64,000 nt of DNA, taken from Kudoa neothunni (lineage: Eukaryota > Animalia > Cnidaria). How positions within the stretch are numbered: the first letter of the stretch is position 1; each line of letters starts with the position of its first letter. The position numbers and the translations under genes are program-made. This document shows, one piece after another, positions 13,867 to 25,364 of the stretch. The notes beneath the pieces were generated by a model that saw only the letters and a list, made by a program, of their open reading frames with translations, was not told the origin of the DNA and searched no databases. The stretch covers positions 2,767,702 through 2,831,701 of the forward strand of contig OZ199838.1 in the NCBI GenBank assembly GCA_964304625.1, given 5' to 3'.

Positions 13867-14549
13867 CAGTTGTAAAAACATTATTAATTTTGGAATATCT
13901 TACTGTTCACTATTAATGAAATAGTGAACAAACTTTTAGTTTAATAGTTAAAATTGATATCTTATTAATTCTTGTGTATTTTTTTTATTTAAATAAAAAA
14001 CAAAATATATATAGTTGTTTAATTTGTCAATATGTTTGTTATAGTTATTAAGTTTTGTTACATACACATATTTTTATGAAAATAAATTATATAGATTATG
14101 ATATTGGAATAATTACATAGAAATGAAAGATGAAAAAAAGGGATTTCCAATTAATCATTTTTTGAAAAAATTTATTTTATAAATTAATCCAAGATAACAC
14201 GTCCTTTTGTTAATTTTATAAAAAATTAATGAGTATATCCATTTGGCCAATATATTGGTTAACTTAGAAATGTTCTGTTATGAAGCTCTCTAAAAAATTT
14301 TTATTTGACTTCTAAATGTGGTATTTTGCCTTAAACACGTTTATTTCCAGTGAGGTTTTCAATAATGGACACAAGGATTTTGTTTTGAATGTGAATAATA
14401 TTTATTGGTCTTCAATTCTATTGTTGAACTGCTATTCATTTGCAGAGTTCGTCCTTAATATATTTTGTTCGTTTCTATTGACACTTCAAGTCATATTCAT
14501 TTGCATACTTCGTAATAAAAATAATAGACGTTATAAATAAGAACAAAAA

Positions 14550-16734
14550 ATGTTGGTCGTTACACTTTTGATTTTTTCTCTCTGCTATAATGGTAAGATT
14601 TGATAGTCATCGAGTTTATCCTATTAGAATTTTTAGTCCACTCACATAAATATTACGTTGAACGAGATCAAAACACTTTAGAAGATAAAATCCATCTACA
14701 ACTTGAAGGAGTGTCTGGAATTAAATGCGATATTAAATTGCTGGAAAAAAATGAATTTTTTTATCACTACATTAACGGTGAATCTGAAAGCGAAACACTT
14801 CAAGACGTCTCTTGTGCGGGAAAATACACGATTTCTACTGGAGCTGCTTTTCCTTCCTATTATATACAGATAAAATCAAAATACGCAACCGAAACTCTTA
14901 AAATAGTTCATAGTACTAAATTATTGGGGATTTTAACTAATTTTCTTATAGTTACGGACCAAACTCCTAATACTCATTTTACAGTAAATGCAACCTCCAT
15001 CGAATTCACCACCAAAAATGTCTGCAGTCATCCCCAAACTTGTAGACTCACCAGTGGAGACAAAGTCCTCGATCAGTTCACACCTACTCCCAACACCGAG
15101 TGCAACGAGGAAAACCATCTTACCGGGTTCTTCGACTCAGCCGGGGACTCAATCGAACTCTCCTGTGGAGTCAACCAACCGAAAATACACATGAATAGAA
15201 AAAATAACAAGTTGATGGAATTCAGTCCATTGGAACAACTTCCTTATCACATTGTTAAAGGAACGGAAACTAACAAAATAGACATTATTTTCGATGAAGA
15301 TATGATGGATGAAATATGCAAATTTGAAATAAAAAAGATGCCTGGAGGTGAGTATAAATCAGAATGCTCTGTCACCGGCGAAAACCCCGGTTGTTATCAA
15401 CTCTGCACTGACGCTGTAATGAACTTTGAATCCCTTCAAGAAGGCACGGACAAAGATTTTAAAGTTAGAGTATCCACTAGAAACCACGTAGGAGCAGAAA
15501 AAACGCTAAGACGTGAATAAACTTTTATAATTTTTTTAATTTAATGTAAAATAGTCGGAAAAAGTAACCTTATCGTAACTGCCAAAGAAATAAATGCGAC
15601 TCTTTCGATTGCAGCTCTTAAAGATAATTTATCCAACCCAACGTGTGCAATTGAGTTGAAAAAGCAGGAATTCCCTAAGGTCAATATTAATGTCAAGTGC
15701 AGTGCTGATTTGAGAACAGAATGCCCAACAACCTGCACTGATGCTACTATCCATGGTCTTGAACCAAATACAAAATACATTGTAAAAGTGACTTATACTC
15801 AAACCAGTAGCGTTGCCACATCATATACCGCAGAGAAGCTTTTTAGAACAGGTAAAAAATCAAAAATAACTTATCTAAAATTAAATTAAGCTGATTACAA
15901 TATTACACAAAAGCCTGAAATAAAAACATATTACGAACACGTAATGATGACTGTGGCACCAAACGATACTCTTTTTGACGGAATATACTGCAAAATTCAA
16001 CAAAAAATGGAGGGTGCAATTTCTTTTAGTCCCTCAGAATGTGAAGAATCAGTTGATTGTTCTGGTTTATGTGGACAACCACTTACTATTAAAAATCTTT
16101 TGCCCGATACCAAATACGAATTCAAATATTTATTTGGCAAGTACATTAGTGACCTTGAAACAAACATGGTGGCAGTATCAACAAGTAATGTGAAATAGGA
16201 TTCCTCAATAACATTTATTAAGCTGACGCGCTTCAAAAGATTAATGTTACCCATACATGGAATAATACCGATTTGATTGTGTCAATCACTATGGCCGAAA
16301 TGGACTCAGACCAAATATGTGATTTTACCTTTGCTGAAATAGTAGATGGGGCGATCAAATACACCTATGGGTTATTTGACCGAACAACTGGATGGGAGGG
16401 AAAATGCAACCAAGAAATAACTTTTTACAATGCAGCTTCCTACAAACAGGGCTCAATGAGGGTACAGGCCAGATACAGTAGTGAGCCGATCGTAGTGAAT
16501 CTTTGGAGTGGAAGGAATATGGAGAATGATGATCCAACATCTCCAGAAACTGCGAAACAAGGTAAACTATATTATCAAACTAATTATTATAATTCTTTTT
16601 AGGCACTTCAAATAGGTATAATAAATATCTCTTTGATTATTTAATCTATTTTTACTTTTGATTTAGCGCTAATGTGGGCGGATCCAAGATTATGTAATAT
16701 TTTCTGGTGTCATGCGGTTCTAATGATAATTTAG
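14550..16734 (+). CDS. Secreted/surface protein B, tandem paralog of A; C-terminus depends on a 13-nt microexon (stop at 16697 or 16734)
   Basis: Signal peptide MLVVTLLIFSLCYNVHS. Phase-1 introns at the same positions as in A. FN3 motifs IHGLEPNTKYIVKV and IKNLLPDTKYEFKY. Blocks shared with A include NKIDIIFDE...ICKFEI and ICDFTF...DRT.GW...CN. Confidence 0.85.
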
Positions 16735-19700
16735 GTTGATTGTTGGAGGAGTCTTGATAGCACTGTTAGTATGTGCTATCGGTTTCTTGGTCTTAACGAA
16801 GAAATAAATTAGTCCTCAATTTGCGATTTTACAAAAACATGAATTCCATTTTTAATAAAATTCGATTACGATAAGACCTACTTTTATATTGAGCATTTGA
16901 TAAATCTGATTTATTGTAAAAATTCATTGTATTTTTCACAGGAAAATTTTAAACGCTAATAATTAACTTTAGAGTGTTCTTTTATTATACCTTTCCACGT
17001 GAATACGTTTAACAAAGTAAATGAAATAACTAACCCTTAATAAATAATTCTACTGTTTTATCTCTCTTTTAAAAAAATTAACGTCGTTCAATGGATAATT
17101 ACTTTAGAATTATTAAATTAAGAATAAATTTATTTTTTTCATGAAATCCTTAAAACCTGAAATTCTAAAAAAGGAGTAAAAATACCTCAATAAATATACG
17201 CGAACCAACCTTTTAGTAGTTTATAGTATTAAATAAAGAGTTAATATTAAATATATAAAACTCGTCAATTTTGTTTTTAGCTAAAACTACAAATATGATT
17301 AGTTCGAATAAAAATATCGCTCATTATATTAATTTAATAAAAAACAAATTAAAAAACAATAATTATTTTTTATTTGAGGTAATAAACTTAAAATCTTTTA
17401 TGTAAACACAAATTTATGGTAAATGCCTGGTATTATCGCATTAATTAGGGAAAAATATAAACAACAATAATTGAAATCTGACGAACACGTGCCTAATATA
17501 GTGAGGTAGTAATACATTTCGTATTTTGCTTGGGTAAATATTCATGTTTACCTAACATTAATGTTATTTTTATATTTTAATTTTAATTTATGGTGAGACT
17601 GGATACGTCTATATTAAAATAAACAATGCTTTTTGAGTAATTTTTTAAATTACCATAGTTATAGGTCGCTAACCTAATCGCTTTTGAAAATATGTAGTCT
17701 CTTAAATAGATCAATAATTCTCTTATGATAATTTTAAACTAATCGAAACATTTATGGATGTTTTCTGCGAGTAAGTTATATTTTTATCCTATATTATATA
17801 TTTATTAGTGATTTTCATTTAAATCATGGCCGTAAATTATTCATATTAAAATATAATATGTATAAGATAGCATTTAAAATATAACTTATTAATTTTTAAT
17901 AATTCTCCAATAATTATTTGGTATAATTAACTTTATTTTATTTTTATTTTATCAAATATTTCCCCTAAAATTAAATAGATATTATTCTATCATTCATCAT
18001 TTTATGAATCTATTATTTTTTATTTATAACATTACAATGAAAATAAAGTCTAATTGTAGTGTAAATAAAATAAAAATGGATAAAAATATACTTTTATAAT
18101 TATTCTCACCTCAAAAATCATATTACAAGGTAATTGATTAAAAACTGATAAATAAAAAGATTTGTCTTCTAGAGCTTCCATCTAATATTATAAATTGTAT
18201 CTTGCTATAATCAAATTCAAATTGAGTAAAAATAAGGATAAATTATACTATCGTAAAATTTAAAACTTTAAGCACAATATTTGATAATAATTTTTACTGT
18301 AAAAATACTTGACATTTTTTTATGAAAAAATTAAACCCCTATTCAGTATAAATACTTTATCTAAATATGCTGAAAATATGCAAAAAATTCCAATGAATGA
18401 AGATAATCAAAATTATGTTCGATATTCACATATACGAATGTGCATAATTATACAATAATTTTTTATTATATATCAACTTTTAATATACTGTTTTAAAAAA
18501 CGATTCTATAGTAATTGATTCATTACTGAGGTCAAAATTAGTGCTGATTACTCTCTAAACACACTATCTCAGTGCTTCACCAAAGTCAGTCTTAATCGAT
18601 AAAATATAACATAAAATTTTGGAAAATATTATTATCTTTTAGAATAAAACCATGAATTTAACACATATATCTTTAATTCTTTATTATTATATATAAAAAT
18701 ATTATCCATATTCAATCAAGTTGAATAAATTAATTAAATACATTCTTTTTTAATTTCATTTTAAAAACATGAATTGGAATAAATGCTTATGCAACGAATG
18801 TTTGTAAATATTTCCTCAGAAATATTTTATTTCTCTGAGATTATAAACTAAAATAATAAAATATGACATTTTATTATATATATTCAAATTTTTATATAAT
18901 ATTTTTTTGAAATAATGGCTAATTACTATAAAAGAATGTGGTACTTTAACGACCTGGATTGATTTAAACATATTTAACCTCTAAAGTTTTCGAAAACAGA
19001 AAAATTCACATTTTTATGTAATTCTAGAATTTAATAAAAAACTTAGATTTAGAGTTTGAACTTAATAATCGTTAAAAAATAGGGAATAATATGAATTTAA
19101 TATTTTTGGATAAATATATTACAATTCATCAAAAAATTAGTGGTTGTTATAATTTCTTTCATATCTCATGATTTAAGAATCGGCAAAGTTAATATTTTAA
19201 TACTCGTATTGTGAAAATATTTGTGATAATTTCAAGTAAAAATTTCGAGAATATAACTTGTTATAACATTTAGGTTAGTGGGGTTTAAATATTGTCATAT
19301 GACAACATCTGGTTGTTTTATGAATTACTCAAAGAATATAGAATATTTAGAATCAGTTTCTCGACAGGTTTATTTCATAATTTCTACCTTGTTTTATAAT
19401 AATAAAATGGTGAAGATTTTGAAATTTTTAGTACTAATAAAACGCAAAATAATGTAATATTTTTCTCCTTAATAAACAGGTTATGTTTCACCGATCAATA
19501 CACATCCTTATTAAAAATAGTTTGTCTTTAAGAAAATATACGTTGTAAATTAATGTATTATATCTATATTAAAATCGTATAAATATAAATATTTATTATA
19601 TTGAGAGCTTGGGAATTAAGTTAATATTTGATACCATATGGCAACATTCGGCGCACGTGATGTTTTAGGAAAGGGATCGGCAACCGATATGGCCGAAAAA

Positions 19701-21068
19701 GCCAATTATTCATATATTGATGGCGGGGAAAAATTTTTTACTTCCGGAGACGAACATGAAATTTAGGCTCGTAAATAAAATATTTAACTTTGAAGCCATG
19801 AAAACATACATTTCAGAAAAATATGGAGAAAATTATTCAATTTTTCTATTTACGCGTTTTATATAACTAAATAACCCTTTATTTTTATTATAAGTATTTT
19901 AATGCAGGGAGAAATAATAAACGCAAAAAAAGTATGCATCTGAATTTGTCTGATTACTTCAAATAATATTGTAATTTCGTTTTCGATAATTTCCGTTATT
20001 ATGAATTAGAAATTTTACCATTGACCTCTATACAATAAATATTCCATATAAAATTCACTCTCATGAATATTATTGTCGAAAGAAAATTTCTATCATGTAA
20101 TTTGATCTTTTAAAAACGAAAGAATTACTTTCTAGTGTATTTGCCCGAATTTAATTATTTCACCGACATTTTATATGGAGTTTTCTTTATATAAAAAAAT
20201 AAACAACGTTTAATATTACCAAGGAATTTTTTATAACTGATATAAATTTAAGGACAATGTATGTATAACTACTTTTTTATGTAATATAATTGATTCAACA
20301 GAATTTTTAAACTGAAAAAACTATCAACACTTACATAAGTCTAATTTAAAGGTTCAAAAAAAGGATGTGCATATAAACAAATGATGTATTTTGTATAATA
20401 CGCGGAAAATTTATTTTTAAATAATTTCAGATTAATCCGTGGAATTTTTATCCATTGAAGGTGATTATTATCCCTCGTAACAAGTTATAAAATTCGTACA
20501 GAATATACTTAAGTAGCATTTAAGCGAAAGTACCAGAATTCCATTAATAAGATATCCTAGAATCTAGGCATTATATATCTGATTAACTGTTTAAACAAAA
20601 TATTATAAAAGGAATTGAGTACCCTCACTAAACATATAATGAATACATTTGCAAATTAAAAATATACCCGATCTTCTCGAGGGCACAAAAATTTCGTCCC
20701 AAAATTACGCATCGCATATACTGTAATTTAGCCACATTATGATAGGCTATTGGACATTGGACACCAGCTCCGTTAAAAAATAGTACAAATGCGATCAGAC
20801 TAATAATGTAAAAATTGCATTAAATATTATTATATAATGTTTTGTATTAGTTAAAAAATTTAAACACCGAGATTTTGGACGTCTATTTATATTTTAATCA
20901 ATTGTTTTCGAATAAATAATAAAAATTTATTCACAACGAAAATAATTATTATATTATAGAAATAACTTAAAAATTAAGGAATAGAAGAAAAGAAATTTAA
21001 ATCTATATTGGAATGCATATACGAATGTCGATAACCAAATCACAACGTTAAAGTTGATATCAGTCTAA

Positions 21069-21868
21069 TCAATTGAATTGTAGATTATAATATAAGAAAA
21101 ATTTGTTTAGAGATCGTTTTGAATCAATCTATCGACAATACGTAAGTTGTTGTGATTATCATATATTGGTGAAGTTTTGTACCATAAATAAAGTTAGGAC
21201 TGTTGTATTAAAAGTGAAGCCTTTACAAAACCTGATTAGGGAGGAATACCTTGAAGTTGAACAAGAATAAGATGAATGTGCGCTTAATTCCATTTATAAT
21301 TTAATATGGCACCATAAATTATTTTTCACAATTTTAACTATCACGACTCGATTCATTCTGTTTTTTCCTTGAGCTCGATAGTTAAGTATGTCCGTAAGTT
21401 GAAAGAGATCATTAGAATTAACTGTCTAAATAGAATTAAAGTAGAATCTAAGCATAGGTAAATGTGAGCTTTAGACTTGATAATGACACTTTATACAAAT
21501 GATTCGAATCCGAGAGATGTGTAAGAGAATATGGCTGTGCATACTTGATGAATGGCTTATATATTATTGATAATTTTTACTATTCCAAATATCATAAAAG
21601 TAATATTTGTCCATTGTTGGACTTAAAAGTTCCAGTAGGCGAACCGCTTATGCAAGGGAATAAAGCATAAACGTATAACCAATAAACAGGGAGGCCATCA
21701 ACGTAAGATACTGCTACTTTTCCAATCCTTTTTGGTGGTAAATCTACAATCTGACAGAGCTAAAAGTAATTCCTTACATACATTTAGACGAAATTGTTGA
21801 TTTCATCCAATAACAAGAACGAGGTTTTTATAAAAATTGTGTGGAGCACACTCCAAAATTACACGCAT
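21069..21868 (-). CDS. Hypothetical multi-exon orphan gene (~135 aa); start uncertain
   Basis: Canonical GT-AG introns can join exons into MRVILECAPHNFYKNL/ELLLALSDCRFTTKKDWKSS/TVRLLELLSPTMDKYYFYDIWN/TIFSYTSLGFESF/TVNSNDLFQLTDILNYRAQGKNRMNRV/RTFILFLFNFKVFLPNQ/IDSKRSLNKFFLYYNLQFN*. No recognised homology. Confidence 0.35.
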
Positions 21869-22693
21869 GAAATTCGATGTTCATCAATGATGAGATATCA
21901 ATATAAATCTTTAAATAAATTACTATATAAAAATTTAAAATTTGTTGTTCCGTTATTCATTTTATCAAATATGTATATTTTTGGGACGAAAAATAGTGTT
22001 CTTTTCTATTTTGCGCACGCGCTTTACAGACATTTGGATTAAGGTGCTTCCGAATATTGCCATATGGCAACATTTAAACTGATGGGTTCCTCATTGAGTA
22101 TTCCGAAAATTTTCTACTAACTTTTTATTTTTATAAAACGAAATATTTCTCGGTTCTTAAATAAATATATTAATATTACGTGATTTTCATGCCTGAAAAG
22201 GTTAGGTCGCATGCAAAAAGTACACAAAAAGATAAACGAGTGTGACATAGCATTTTTACGTTACAGACACGCATACTCCTCTTTCTCTCAACAATGTTGA
22301 ACATCTCTTCGAGTGGAATAAACAATGATCTATATATAAACATCCTAGAAATTTTCGTATTTTATTTTGCATAATGTTGTTTCCCAATAATAAAAGTTAA
22401 GTTTTTGAGAAATATCTATATTAACACAATAAATCTTGATAGAGTCATTGTATCGATTCTTTAAAAAATAATATAAAATCAATAGACATTAATGAATCAA
22501 TTTTCATAATCGCACTAAAATAAAGTTTAACTAATGATATAATTGGAATATTAAATTTCGGACAATTTTTTTCGTAATTAAAATTTTTTATATATTCTAG
22601 AATGAATGCTAAAAACTGTAAAGGGAATTAATAAATTTACACGCAAGCGCATTGGGTGTAAAACGCTGGTTGTTGGTTGGTTGTTTGCGGACA

Positions 22694-23886
22694 ATGGACC
22701 ACCAAATAAAAGTGGGATATTTATTCTCACCACGAAAATTATCCAAATTGAAGTTGGAATTGCATATAAAAAATTCAAGCAGATATAATTTGGTCGATTT
22801 GAAAGCTATCAATCCTTATAAATCGTTGGCCGAGCAACAATTAGATAATCTTGATATCATTATTCATAGGGTAAAAATAAGAGTGCGGCAATACGTGGTT
22901 AACCGCATATTTAAAATTAGCTCAACGATTGTGTGAACCAATTGGAAGGATTGGATCCTGATAAATATACACGGACATTAACTGAAGAAGTTGATCGATT
23001 TAACATAAAATTATTGTCCCCGTTGACGGGTGATGGAGGAACTATCGGATAGACTGAAGTGTTTGACAAAATTGGTATCGTTGGCAGATTTAAAATTGGA
23101 ATCATTCTCGTTTAAAAATACCTCCTATGTTGGAAATAACCGCAAAAATGCCAAGAGATGAAGTAGAGAGGATATGTTACAATTTTCGAGATGAATACCT
23201 TTCTTTAAACTCAACAACGAGTACAATGAAACTTTTGATGTTGACTTATCGTCATATAACTTTATAATTAGAACGTAATAGACCATTTATTGTAAAAACC
23301 ACGAAATGTATCCTTGTTGATGAGTATAGGTAGTTTTGTTTTGAAGTGGTATTTTGATGAAACCAGATTTGTTTAGATATAAAATGTGTCTCTATTTCAA
23401 TATGGATAAAATTGCTATCGACGGAATAATGGATTTCCTACAAAACAACTCCATTATTCTGCAACCATTTTATAATCATGATGGGTTGCTGTATAAATTA
23501 TTTATATTGGGTGATAAATGGCATCTTGAAACTCGTCCATCCATCAAGAATTTCGAATTTTCACACTCGAACAACAATATCAACTTTTTCAGTAATAATG
23601 TTAGCAAAAGTGACTCTCATTCGACAGCTCTCCATTACAAAAACAACGAAGTAATCGATCTTAGATTTCCAATGCCATCAATTTGCTTTAGACTATCGTG
23701 GACACAAAGCTTTGTGATCCCTTTAAACATCATGGGCTGGCGCGAGAAGATGTGAGTTTATTAGTGAAATCAATAAGGAAATCAATAGATTGTCCGTTGC
23801 TCGGCGTGGATATGCTGCTCGAATGCAACACTAGAGATATGTTTATAGTTGATGTCAATTATTTCCCTGGATACGATGGTATTTAA
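22694..23886 (+). CDS. ITPK1: Inositol-tetrakisphosphate 1-kinase (ATP-grasp); two apparent +1 frameshifts; 3' end uncertain
   Basis: Motifs KVGYLFSPRKLSKL, DIIIHR, PFIVKT, LQPFYNHDGLLYKLFILG, RPSIKNF, LLGVDML and IVDVNYFPGY. Homology is restored by removing one base at GGG 23028-30 and at A5 23114-18. Confidence 0.88.
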
Positions 23887-24228
23887 AATTCTTTTTGTTA
23901 GGCCCATACAAACTAAAATGTGTTTGTAAATCGGCTTACTGTCACCTTTGATACAATTTTTCCGAATTAATCCTCTCATTCCCAATTTATTTTGTGGTTT
24001 TAAGAAAATGCACTCCTCAAAATAGTTTATTGATACAGTTTTAAAAATTTAAAATGCTCAACAAGACCCGTTATCGTTAAACTACTGGAAAAAATAAAAA
24101 TTAAGTAACTCCCATTCTTACTTACCAAAAACATAAAAATTTCGCGCCGTCTTTATAATACATTAAAAATTTATTTTATATCTGATTTGTAAATATTAGC
24201 ATAATATAATCAATATGTTCACATCAAT

Positions 24229-25364
24229 CTAGTTTACCGCGCTTGAGCATACATTGGGATACCAACTTCTCATTATCAAAACTATCGCATATTTAAAATG
24301 TTTAAAGCACTTGATAAGAGATACAAAAGGTTTAGTTTTAGTATACGTATTTTCTTCCTGAATTAGATGTATTATGTAATAATAATGATTTATTAGATAA
24401 TACATAATAATCCCTGCATAACTTTTTAAATTCATTTCTAAATTTTTCAAATGTACATATACACAGTAAGAAACCAAATCTACGTAATCCTCTCGGGGAT
24501 CAAGAGAAAAGTGCGCCAAATTGGTCACGTCCAATTCACGTACCTATGAGCGCAATTATTCCGGAAAAAATTGATCTTTAATAATGATTAGGTTATTTTT
24601 AAATTGGCCAGTTAGCTATATAATAATTTTAATCGATAACTAAAACTCTAGAGGCGTGTTCACAGCAAAAAACTATTTTTCTAATTATTATGCGATACTT
24701 TCCCTATTTTTTTGTTGCTTTACTTTGTTGTTATTGGTAGAATAAGGCAATTCCGTCTACTCTGTAAATAAAATTTTCAGAGTGTATTTTAAAAAATATT
24801 CTGATTTAATTGATCCGTGTGAAGTAATTTCAGGCGTAGCATCAGCAGACTAGCTAATAAAATTTGATTTTTTGTTGTTGGCCGTTTTTTAAGACAACGA
24901 AACCATCGAAGAATTACATATGAAAGAATAACTTTTTCTTCAACTAATTAATTTCTCTTTATGGTTATAGGTTATAGCGACGGCGTTTACTTCAATCTTT
25001 TTGCTTCGTGTCCACTCATATGCATTTTCATCAACAGAATGGAATTGTCTTGCGTAGAAATATTTTCTATTTTTAGGTTCTGAAATCACTTATACGTTTT
25101 AATTATTCGAACATTCATCTTTAGGATGCCGCCATTCGGAGTTGAGATAGTAGATATTTTAAAATTTGTTAGAGAGACAGTTTTCGCGCGATTAGATTGA
25201 AGACATTCATAGTATCCGATAATATTGTATGTTTCGTCGATATTTATAGTTTTATCAGTTTTTTGGACGTTAATTATTGATTTAACTAAACAATAAACTA
25301 GAAGTATAACTAAAAATGCGTGAAATCGGTTACTTATTGTATTAATATATTTAAAATAAGACAA
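24229..25364 (-). pseudogene. Possible decayed or lineage-specific secreted-protein gene fragments
   Basis: ORF 25086-25364 starts with a signal-peptide-like hydrophobic stretch (FHAFLVILLVYCLVKS). Coding-like frames continue downstream but are broken by stops. No family recognised. Confidence 0.25.

Noticed and set aside
16900-21000. Additional decayed paralogs of genes A/B in the very AT-rich stretch
   Set aside because: Only isolated coding-looking snippets were seen, with no cysteine pattern or exon structure I can support.
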